Source: Chrysomallon squamiferum (lineage: Eukaryota > Animalia > Mollusca). From it: a stretch of DNA of 64,000 nucleotides. Below are positions 52,601 through 64,000 of this stretch, piece by piece; within the stretch, counting starts at the first letter, position 1, and every line of letters starts with the position of its first letter. Under the pieces are notes generated by a model. That model ran no database searches. It was not told the origin of the DNA and saw only the letters and a program-made list of their open reading frames with translations. The DNA lies in contig CM022671.1 of NCBI GenBank assembly GCA_012295275.1, positions 14,074,001 through 14,138,000 of the forward strand, in the 5' to 3' direction. The translations under genes and the position numbers were made by a program.

Positions 52601-55600
52601 GAATGTCAGTAAGTTGAACATACATGAGAAGAAGAATGTTCTCACAGTTAGAGATGAAAGTCTGTGTGTGGCAGTAACTGAATGGTCTGCAACAACTGAA
52701 TACCAACTACGTATTAACAGAATGAAAACATCCACAAGAGAAAACAAGCATAGCAAAAATTTTCTTAAAACATCTTTATAAATCATTTAACCTAATCATT
52801 CTCAGCATTAACCAGATTTATGTGGCAATGTTTTGCACATAAATTATCTCCAAGAAAAATAAACGTTTAACAGAAGAAAACTACATTAACATTCTTAAGA
52901 CAACTTTGACTGCAAACTTTCATTCTGTAAAAACAGATATGTTAATACAGGTGGCAAGCCAACTCACAGTAAAGAAACCTAAATGGAATTTTCAGAAAGT
53001 TTACTCTTTTTTTTAACTAAGCAAAAGCAGATTTTTCCAGTATTTTATTGTATCTTCCTTTTTTTTTATGCAAATGCCAAAATTTGTATGAATGAAAAGA
53101 ATAATGTTTGTTCCAGTACAATTCTGTTTTCAAAAACATTAAAATATAATTTTTTTCTAAAAAGACACAAAGTAAAATATTGTATCAAAGAAAATTATTA
53201 CTGAACATGGTAAATATTCATTTAAAAAACTAATTACTGGTTTTGCTTACAGTTTTACAAGGCACTACAGCAATGTCTAGAACTGACCATCTGAACTCGT
53301 AACAAAAACTGCTGTGAAAAAACAGACATGCACACTTGAAAATATCTTAGATAACATCACAAACATTTTGAAATAAAAAGACTAGACAAATGAGCCAGGA
53401 CAGTGATAAATGATAAAAATAACATTTTATTTACAAGATTCAGTTGTTTTAATCTTTGTAAATTTTCAGTTGTATTAACCTGAATAACTTTAATTTCTAA
53501 TCTTTTGTTTTTTTACGAATGAAGTGATATATGATTCTTTCACAAATATCATATTTCTAATAAGATTTAAAGAGAAAAAAATCATTAAATAACTATATGA
53601 GATAACAGAACTTGCTGGTCAATTATAAAATAATTTAATACTGGAATGTATGAAAATAATTATTAAGGTCATTGTTGTACAACTACATCAGGACATATTA
53701 TGATTCATTGTTACTGTAAACAGTGAAAAATGCAGACAGGTGTCTGGCATTCATCCTGTTTTCCAGTTTGTGCTTTAGTAGAATACATAAATGCTGCAGA
53801 CAGTCTAATACACTATGGTTTAAGTGCATGTGCTTTGTGTGCCGATTCAAAGTTTTAGTTCGACTCACTGCACAGTCCAAACCTCTATTGTGTTGTCATG
53901 ATTGATCTTAATGACTGACAGAGTAAGTCAAATCCTACAGAAACATTTGCACTGTTGACTCAGGAAATTGTAATAGGCTGAGTGAGCAGGACATGTAAAC
54001 TAGCTGATTCTTTGACCAGGCTTCAATGAGTATATCAAACACGTGCATCATGGTAAAGCTTAGTTATTTAACAAAAATATATACTCTTGCAAACACACAT
54101 AATCACACATGTGTGCACACACACTCATTTATGCTCTCAAATGTATTCTGGTCAACAACAAAACCAAAAATAAAAGCTTTTTTTCCATGTAAACCTCTTT
54201 CAGAATTACTCTCAAATCAATATCACAGCTATAAAAACGTTTTTTGGAGTCAGGTTTTCATTGTATTTAGACACAGATCCTTGCAGTCATGTCAAATTTG
54301 CTGAAGTCCATTATAATAAAATATCTTACTTCATGTCTGATTATGTTTCTGTTTTTGTCAAAGGTTTATTCCCGTTAACAGCAGTGTGCCCAGATCTTAT
54401 AATATAAGTTCACTAAAACATCTGATATATGTTAGAAGTAAATAAATAAAACAATTTGAAGAGGATTAATATTTGATCAGCAGTCACTGACCAGAACTAA
54501 TAACATAACCTTTAAGCTGACACAAGTTTTGAAGGTTCACTTAGTATAGTGGTGATGGCATCCATTAACAGACTTCTGAACTGTAACCCTAGGTGTCTAT
54601 ACAGAAGTCTTCTAAGTGTGCCCTTTTGCAAGTCATGTAGTTTGAGCTTTACATTACAAACTCTGCCTGAACTTCTTCTTCTAAAGGTTCTAAGTAAACA
54701 CATCACAAAGTTAATCCTGTGTGGTTACTGAATACATTTTGGTGAAAGAGCATAAATTTAACTCACACTGATTGCTAAGCAAGAAAAAATGAACTATTTA
54801 AAAATACATATCTAAATTCACATTATCAGCTGATCTTTAAATGTTATGATTGAAAAATAATCTTCTCAGAAAATATGTAACCAATATTCTGACATTAAAC
54901 TGTTTACACAAACAGAAGATATTTTAATATATATATATTTTTTTTATTTCTTACATATAAGGCAAAAAAAAATTATATTTTTATATTTTTATTTAAAGAA
55001 ATAATTAGATTGTTTCATGAGCATGGGTCTGTTTTTATGTTGTATTTTTTTACTTTAAATGGAATGTAAAATTTAAATAAAAAATTAGAAAACATTTCAC
55101 ATGAAATTGTGAAATAAATATCCAGGTTTTAGTCTGTTACATTAGCTTGCAAAATCCAGATAGTTATTAAAGAATCAATTTCCACATCTGCTGCTTGGCT
55201 TTAATGAAGGAAGTGTTACTCTGCCAGATGTGCTATAAAAGTATGTTCTGACGCTAAGCATGGTAATTTTGCATTGTTCACATTAATGGTCAACTAAACA
55301 GGAACAAAATGTCCAATAAACTAGCCTTCAAGCAAAACAAAATGTAAATGACCTAACTTCAAAGGCTATCACTAAAACTAAAAAAAATAATATTTAAAAA
55401 AAAAGCCAGCATTATAAATATTAATGTGGTTGGATACTGGAATTACATAAAAGCCAAAATAAATCTTTAAAACATAACATTGGTTTTCATTACATTAGTA
55501 AAAAAAATTCACATTCACCTTGACAAGTTCTTTTAAGAGGACCACGAGAAGATGTAATTCTGTCAAAACTTTTCCCCAAATTTAACTACTTTCTGTGGCA

Positions 55601-57496
55601 AACTCATCAGTAATTAAACATTGGACTGAAAATTAATGCTGTTTTTAAAAAGATATGCTGGTGAACATTTCGTTAAATATTTAATTTTCAAGTAATATAT
55701 ATTCTTGTTCAGCTTGGTCTCCAAGGACTTATCAAGTTCAGAACAGTGTAATTGAATTACTGACATGCAAATTACAATGAAGCAGGTGTAAAAATTCCCA
55801 GATGTTAGTGATAAGAGTTTATCAGGCTCTGACTACCATGTGGCTTCCATTCCCTCTACCTTCATTAGGATGATTAGTGTGGTCCAGCTACTGGCCACGG
55901 TTTTATCTTAAACATGTGAGTAATTGGCTTTCTCCCATTAATACAACATGAAACCTGAACAAGAGACTACTTTGTACATGGTGTTCAGAATTAGTGACAG
56001 GTCTGTATGGTGAACACATGTAGGAACTGCTTCATTTACAGAACAACATAATTACTGTAAAGGAGTTACAGAAAACAAGAGTTTTAATCAATCTTAATTG
56101 ACTTTATTTTACTTTTTAAAACTATATATACAAGTGTGTATGTGTGAACATAACTATTTGTAATAAACGATAGTAAAATAAAATAAATGTAGGTTCCAAA
56201 CTCAAAAAATGAGAATGTTTAAATAAAAATAATCTGAAACTCCTTACCAGCATCCAATTCTGCTCAGCATAATTATTTCAAAACATTTAGTTAAGATATG
56301 AAATATTTAGATCTTTTTATGAAGATAAACATGTCAGAATAGATCACACTCATGCCAAAACATAAATATCACAGTCCATCTAATTAGCATAAACAAATAA
56401 CTAAATACCTCAATAGAAAACATGACACCTCGAATTAGACAGTTTAATCCTGGCCTGTTTGTTTTCAGTACTGAATTCTTTATAGGCTGCATCTCACACC
56501 TAATGCCTACTGCTGTTAAACTATTATGAGGCAATTCCTCATAAATTGTTACCTTGAGGTCATTATGTAGAGCTGATTAGTCCATACATTGTGGAAGGCC
56601 ATCATCTCTATAGACTTGCACCTGGTCAGTTTAAATTTAATTAGATAATATTTTTAAAAGGTGAATTAAATCATGATTATTTGGGGGTTTTGAGAATAAA
56701 ATAAAATATTCATGCCTCTGAAAGAAATAGAGAATAATGAAACATATGTTTAAAACTATGAAATAAATTTTTGTTTTAAATATTTTGGTCTATTGAATTA
56801 ATGAATTATCTTGTACTCATTGTTCTCATAAATTTGATAATAATTTTTCAAAATTTAAGAGAATCAGAAGACAAAAAAACAATTGATTTTAAGTTTACAG
56901 TTTCAAACGATAAATAAATCAGATTATATTCTGTATTATTATTCATAATTCTTTTAATATATGTTTTCAAGTTTTTCTAGAAAACACAAACACACACACA
57001 CACACACACACATCAAGGTTCAAGCACTTTCAACCTGGCCTGGACTCTAAGCAGTGACTTAGTCTGTGACAAAGTCTAGTTTAAAGATTCAGCCATCAAA
57101 GTCATCAGTGAGTGGATCTCCTGCTGGTTCTTTACCTTTTGTGAGCCAGAAACAAAGGACACCCCCAAGTCTGGAGACATTCCACCAGTCTCCTGTCTGT
57201 GTACTTCCCCTGGGAGTTAACCCTGCAGGGGGTCCACATAACACCTCTTTTAATGTTGTTGAGTAACTGTTGGTCCCAAAAATCAGTAACAAGACAACAG
57301 AAATGTGCAAATCGGCAGGAAATGGATTTCACACTTAATATGATAAGTGTCATATTATTACAATATGTTAAGTGCTTTCCAAACACTGAACACTGTAAGT
57401 TATTAAGACTGTCTTGTTAAGATGGAAATAAAATATGATCATAGAGGTATGTTGTATATTTTTTATACATAATTATATATAATTAGATTACTGCTT

Positions 57497-57553
57497 TATA
57501 TATAGATATATATATATATAGATAGATAGATAGATAGATAGATAGAGATAGAT
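57497..57553. repeat. (TA)n/(GATA)n microsatellite
   Basis: Directly visible. Confidence 0.93.
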
Positions 57554-58449
57554 TCTCAAAATGAGAGATATACACAGAAATGTGTATATAGACATACATT
57601 TTATTAAACTGATATACAATAGGTAAAAGATGTTATTAGATATATATTTCTCTGTTTGCAGATATGAACTATCAAACACTAAGAATTAGCAATAATAAGC
57701 AAAAATAGCAGCAAAGATTATTCAAGCAATAAGCATGTGAAATAAAATAAAAGTACATTTTGAGAATAGCTCTCAGTGTTTTCAATAAGTCTCAATAATT
57801 AAGAACTCTCATATAATATTTAAACACTAAGAATAGATTTTTCTCAAAGAAAACCCGTAAAACATTTTTCGTGTACTTGAAGCATTATTTCAATCTTTAT
57901 CCAACACATGGCTTGCCTAACATCAATATATCTTTCAAAAACGAATTCCCGTTAGCCAGCTTAGTGGATTACAATATCTAATTGATTTCTGTGCTGGAAG
58001 GCATAATAATTTATAAAATGACTAATTAATTATAACAAATTACACACCATAGCCTATTGCAAATTTATAAACATCTTTTTCACTCTACCTTTTCATTTCA
58101 TATTTGTTGAAGATTCTAAATACCATTTTGCTTGAAAAATGTTTTAAAAATTATTTTCATTTTTATGATTTTATCAACACAAACACTGAATAATAACATG
58201 CCTATATTTTGACAGTTGTAAATTTTATGTTTTTGATGTTTGCAAAATTACAGAAATAGACTATTTATAAGCCTGCTATATTAAAAGTTGATATTTCACT
58301 TTCAGACATTATTTTTGTGTCTTAATAGCTTTGGTTTGGCAAATATTATATAGAATTTGTTTTTAAAGAAATCATGAAAGTCTGAAAATATGAATATAGG
58401 ACATTTTAAAAAAGTGATAATAATTTTTCTGAAATATAACAAGGTGTAT

Positions 58450-58760
58450 GTGGTCAAGCAGCTCTAAGCTGGAGAATGTCATACAAGATGCCTTGATATT
58501 GATAAAACACCATTTTTACCTTTACACTCAACTCATTTAGAAAAGAATATTGATTTCTCAATCCATCATGAGGTATGTTTTCTGATACCCTGTTGCAGCG
58601 TATTCTAAAATCAATGACAACATCTTTTGTAATGTTCAAGTGTCACACCATCAGCTGAACTGATGAAAGCAGTTTTTCTCTTACTATCTGCTTTAAGAGA
58701 GAATTACAGAGTCTGTTAAATGAAGTGAAACCATCTGCATTTAGAGTAAAATCTTTCAAA
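58450..58760 (-). mobile_element. LINE (L2/Rex-Babar-like) reverse-transcriptase C-terminal remnant
   Basis: Minus-strand NADG..QFS*WCD/LNITK-DVVIDFR..YSFLNEL..KMVFYQ parallels YADD..F..WC..N.L.LNV.KTKE.VIDFR..LYFLRKL..L..FY. Confidence 0.55.
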
Positions 58761-60713
58761 TTGCCATGCAGGGTTTTTATATTTTAATGTTTACACTGAA
58801 GATTGTGTTTGGGATTATATTTAGATACTTTCAATGCTCTGAAAAATCATGAGTTTACAAATGATGTTCTTTAAAAATAAGATAAAATTAATGTTAAAAA
58901 ATACTTTTATATGTTACAAAAGTAATTTATGTTAGTCGTAATACTGACTGGTAAATCTGATTAAAATTATTTCATATCAGGTTTTATGTTGGTGTTTTAT
59001 TTAGTGTTGTTCTTCATTTTTCTTAAATATTGATGCATTTGTTCAGTGGCAGTTTTTCAAAATTTTCATTGTTTGATTACTTTAATAAATTTTATATAAT
59101 GGAATTTTTTTTTCTTTTGTTTTGTCTGTTATTGTGTAAATAAAAATCTATATATTTGAATTGTTTCTAGCACATCAGCCATATTGATTGTTTACAACAT
59201 TTGTCTTCTGATAATTATTAAAGTGCTGAATTACTAACGTAGATTTAGATTATTTCAGTAGTGCATTTCCATGAATGAGAATCTGACAAGTTGCAGTGGA
59301 AGTCACTGCTTTTTTCTAACTATACGCTTGAAAAGAAATCACTATAATGTATAGCAAGTTTTCATTCCTGTAGCTTTCACTGAAAATGTAAGACAAAAAA
59401 AAAAAAAAATATATATATTTTAAACAATTGATTTATCTTGAAACCCATGTGAACTGTTCTGCCATCAGTGACTACAAAATAGATGGATTCCTTTTTTTTT
59501 TTTTTTTTTTTTGTTTGTTTGTTAAACAATAGTTTCATACAAAACACAACAGTGTGAAGTGTGCTGTTACCCATTTATATTTATCTAGATTAGAAATGGA
59601 AATGTATATGCTCGTTTTGTTATGAAATGTACTGATATTGATTTTGGTATTACCAGCTGTTACTGGGTGTCTGCTTCTCCAATAACAGCCATAAAATGAG
59701 AACATATTAATGCCAGTTCACAGCATGAAATACAAGAAAAACTTGTCAATTTGTGACCTGGTCGATTTTATCTTAAATTCTTCTGAATTTCTTAAGTGCA
59801 TCTGAAATTTAGAGTTTACTAAAACAAATTCAAAGTTATTCTCTGTTATAAGGTTTTCACTTGGTATGTTTTATTTTGTCCGAATTTCTTCTTAATCCCC
59901 AATTTATACCTTTTATTTTATTCTTTAAATATTTCTTCTTCTTATTATTATTATTATTATTATTTTTTTTTTTTTTTTTTCATTTACAAAAAAAACAAAA
60001 TGAAAAGACAAATTGTTTTTCACAAGATTGTAATATCTCTATAAAAAGACATAAAGCTATGAATTTACACAGCTGAAATGTTGACCATTAAAAGTGCAAG
60101 TGTTAGAATTCTTGACCGGAAATGTATTCAGTGTGTCCAGTTGTGTGGTCAATAGAAATAATATACAGTGTTTTCCTTCCTGTGCAAAGCTGTTGCTATC
60201 AGCCAGATCAAAGTATCCAACACGATCAGGATGTCCAACTGGTTTTAATAAATCAAATCTCTGTGTAAACACTCAGAAACGACTAAAGGCTTAACAAAGC
60301 TGTCCACTGTGACTTTTCCTCAAACTGTGGTATTTTCCTCCTCACTTGCAAAGTAATTTTATTATCCTTAAACATATTTTCCTTGACTCTGACAAACACA
60401 GATGGAAATACTTAATGTTAACATTTTTTTTCAAGACTATTATTATTTTCTATGCAACTGCTTAACATTGTCACATTAGTTTGTTTCATGTTTCAAAAGG
60501 AAAAGGTTCATTAAACCAAATTCATTACATATCAGAAAGTTTTAAATATTTAAAATGAAATGCAGTGTCTAATGATTACAAAATGTTAGGGTTTTTTTGA
60601 AAAGTATTTCCTTTGTAAAGAACTATATTTGCAGAGGTAAAAACTAAAAGTAAAGACAGAAAAAGAAACATATCTGACATTTGTTTCAGAAATTTATTAT
60701 GATGGATCATAAC

Positions 60714-60716
<3 letters not shown>

Positions 60717-60754
<38 letters not shown>
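60717..60754. repeat. (TA)n microsatellite
   Basis: Directly visible. Confidence 0.97.
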
Positions 60755-60758
<4 letters not shown>

Positions 60759-63700
60759 TCTTTTCTTTTTTTAATTCATCTATTTACAGAATGCAAATAA
60801 TTTGTATATAATAATTAATTTCAAATTTTAATTTTTCAAATAATTTAAGAAGAGAGTTTGAAGTATTTGACTAATAATGAGCTATTGCATCACATGAACT
60901 GATCAATTATACATCACACAGCTGATCTTTAATTATTCATATGTAGTCACAATCAAATATGAAAATTAGATGCATATGTACTAATCTTAAGTAGGTGAAT
61001 AGGTGTTTTGTTAGTGTCATTATAAATATATTATCATATCTGTATTTGTGTTTGATGTTATTAATAGGAAAAGATACGGTAATGTTAATACTATAGCACA
61101 TTTATGAATATTCATGATTCTTTGATATGACAATGTTATCTGTTGTACTTTACCTCTGAGCAGTATCACTATAATATAACAAGTAAATGATGACCTGTTA
61201 AGAACCTTTTGCAACAGAAACAGCAAATATAATCCACTATATTGAGACACATTTATCATACACACAGATATAAAACAAAATGAGAAATTAAACTGAGAAA
61301 ACATGCATGCTGCTACAGCATGGTTAAAAGTAAAGATGTTGCTATCATTTTAATGAGGATCTTTTTTTTTACATGCCTCAGCAAGCTCACTGACTGACTA
61401 CATAAAAAAATGTCAAGTCACATTTTTAAAACACCAACTGGTGTATCACATACACCAACAGTAAAGAAGAATGCTTTAATTTCAACAGTAAATATGTCAC
61501 GGCATATTCTTATATTCCAGTAGTTCCAAAGTTAGGTAGATAATGTTTACACACATCAGACGGAGTGTACATTTAACAGTATTTTATATCAGCAATTAAA
61601 GTTTTTTTAATTACAGAAGTATATACAATTAGATGAATTACCTTCAAGTAACTGAATATATTAATTACAGACAGGGAATAAACAAAGTTTCCATTGTGTC
61701 TAAACATGCTCATGTACCAAAACCTAATGTCATCCATACAGAAGAATTTTATTTTGTTCTCTAAATGACTGCTCACTGTGATATTTATTTATAATAATAA
61801 ATTCATTGCTTTGCCTTCTGAATTTGCAAATAAGGTATTTATGAAAATATTACCCCATGGACAGTACACAGTTATAGGCACATACATGTTCAACAGAGAT
61901 GAATCCTTACAATTACATTTTTCATGCTCATAACTCTGTATGTGCCATCAGATCTAATTTATTATTTTTAATAGAATTTTGTTCAGCTAATGACAATGGG
62001 TAAAGGGAATAAAGAAAAAAATAAAGGTGTATAAAACTGAGCTGTGTGTCACATCTGGGTTGAACCCGTTTTCTTATCACCACCTACATAATACACTCCA
62101 AAGATCTGATGAAAATAAAGGTGTGCTTGAAACGCTATAAAAATAACTTTTTCACGATAAACTGGGTTTCTTTTTTTGTCTTGATCTTTCAAAATTTGTC
62201 ACTGAAAAAAATACAAGTTTTTCATTCGAAATGTAGGCATGACAAATTCACTTCAAAAAAATGCTGTTCTGTGTACTTAAACTGCTAGAAAATCTTGATG
62301 TCTTGATGATGTGTAGTCTGTAGTGTTGTTGAACACATCAGCCACTGCTAAATGTGATTCTGACAGCTAAGACAGCCAGCCAGTTAAATATGTCATTCAT
62401 TATACAGAGTTTGTACACTTCATTTGACATGCTTCAAAGAAACTTTTTTTCCAGATACCTAAATCATTAATAAATCAATATACAGTAACAATAAAATGTG
62501 AATGATCATCAGTAAGTAATACAAAATAGCTATCAGTTATCCACAGTCCCTGCTGCTTTATTTATAAGCCATTGTTTGTGTGTACTGACACTGATGTCAC
62601 AGTGTTACTGGGTTTTACACTGTACATTCTGAACTGGTATTATCTTGTAGCACGATGACAAATTCAACAACCTCATTCATACATTTCCTTTTTTACATTT
62701 TTTTTTTTTTTTTTTTTTTTTACCTGCACAAAACATTATGAATGAAATGGAAAAATTATTTGAAATAAATAGTTTGAAAGTCGTCAGATTTTTTTCTCCA
62801 CTGTAGCAATAAAATATATAATATAAGATTTTTTTTTTTTTTTTTTTGTTCAGGTAGAATATAAAGGAAGATAAAGATGGGTAATTATTTATATGGAACG
62901 AATGAAGCTAAAAGCAATATAAGCAAGTGCAGTAACTGTAGTGGAATGTATGAATAATTTGTGCTACAAAAACGCAGCACAGTAACACTGCAGCTTTGTG
63001 CAGACAGCATCTTCATTTTAAATGTGTACAGCAAAGTTAACAAACACAGAATAATAGTGACAAATAGTAACAAACTAGAATTATTTCTGTCACACGTACA
63101 TTAAATGAACAAGAAGTGATAATGAAAAACATGTTTATGTGTTAATGTCACTGAAATCAGATGCTAAACTATGTGGTATAAAATACAGCGACATGAAATA
63201 ATAAAAAAATAAAATAAAAGATAATGCAAAACAAATGTCTTAATAAAGCAGATGAAAACTTGCTTCTGTAATTTCAGATTCAATAAGCTTAAACTAATTT
63301 GAATCACATATATAGAAGAAAAAAGAAAAACTGAAGAAAAAAAGTATAAAAATCAATAATAATTTAAACTATACTTACTAAAATGAACCAAGAAAGAAAA
63401 AGTAAAAAAAAAAAAAAAATATTATATATATTTAATCTACAGTTATCAGAAATAAAAGAAGTACGTTTATGATAATGTCTAGACTAAGTAATGTAAGTGT
63501 AAAATTAAATAATACAACAGTTCCATTATAAATTAGAATAATCATTGTTGTCTTGTTTTTACAGAAATGCTTTGTCACATATTTGTTTTATCTCTGTCTG
63601 TGTCTGTAGAATACAGTGTTACTCTCTATGAAGTTTAAATAAAAATAAATCATTTCACATCTTTTACAGTCTATGTATAACGGCCATATGTTCTGTTCAT

Positions 63701-64000
63701 GATAAAAACTCTGCTGTGCAATGAACAAACAAAAATGTAAATATTTTTGCCAGGTACATGCTAATTAAATTTATTATCACATATGTTTTAAAAATCTTAG
63801 CTGTATTATAAAAATAAATGTAGTTGTTTACATGTTTATGATTTTTGTACAGTATTTTTAGAATTAACATCAGCAAAATATTATTATGTAGCTTATGCAA
63901 TCTCCCATAAATTATTTATTTATGGCCATGATAAATAAATCAGATGTGTGTCTGTTTGTGTGTTTGTGTGTGTGAAGAAGAAACATAACTTCTTACTGAA

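Overview
Very AT-rich, CpG-depleted animal genomic DNA; a lophotrochozoan/mollusc origin is my inference from the TRPM and TRAF4 sequences. One conserved gene is present: TRAF4 on the minus strand, with six coding exons I reconstructed by hand (43141 to 37894) whose boundaries match vertebrate TRAF4 exons 2-7. Its RING-finger first exon was not found, so most of 43.1-64 kb is probably one long first intron. The left ~36 kb is a rearranged zone. It holds a spliced TRPM ion-channel pseudogene (6.9-10.5 kb), an intron-containing ZNF862-like hAT transposon with a second hAT nested inside it (13.9-19.4 kb), Sola-like and LINE remnants, and an ~11 kb higher-order tandem array (20.9-32.3 kb). It also holds a CpG-rich promoter-like module present twice in inverted orientation (~0.4-0.95 kb and ~20.1-20.65 kb). 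The most interesting hypothesis is that duplicated housekeeping-type promoters drive spliced chimeric transcripts through these pseudogene, transposon and satellite fragments; this needs expression data. Most ORFs in the supplied track are spurious.
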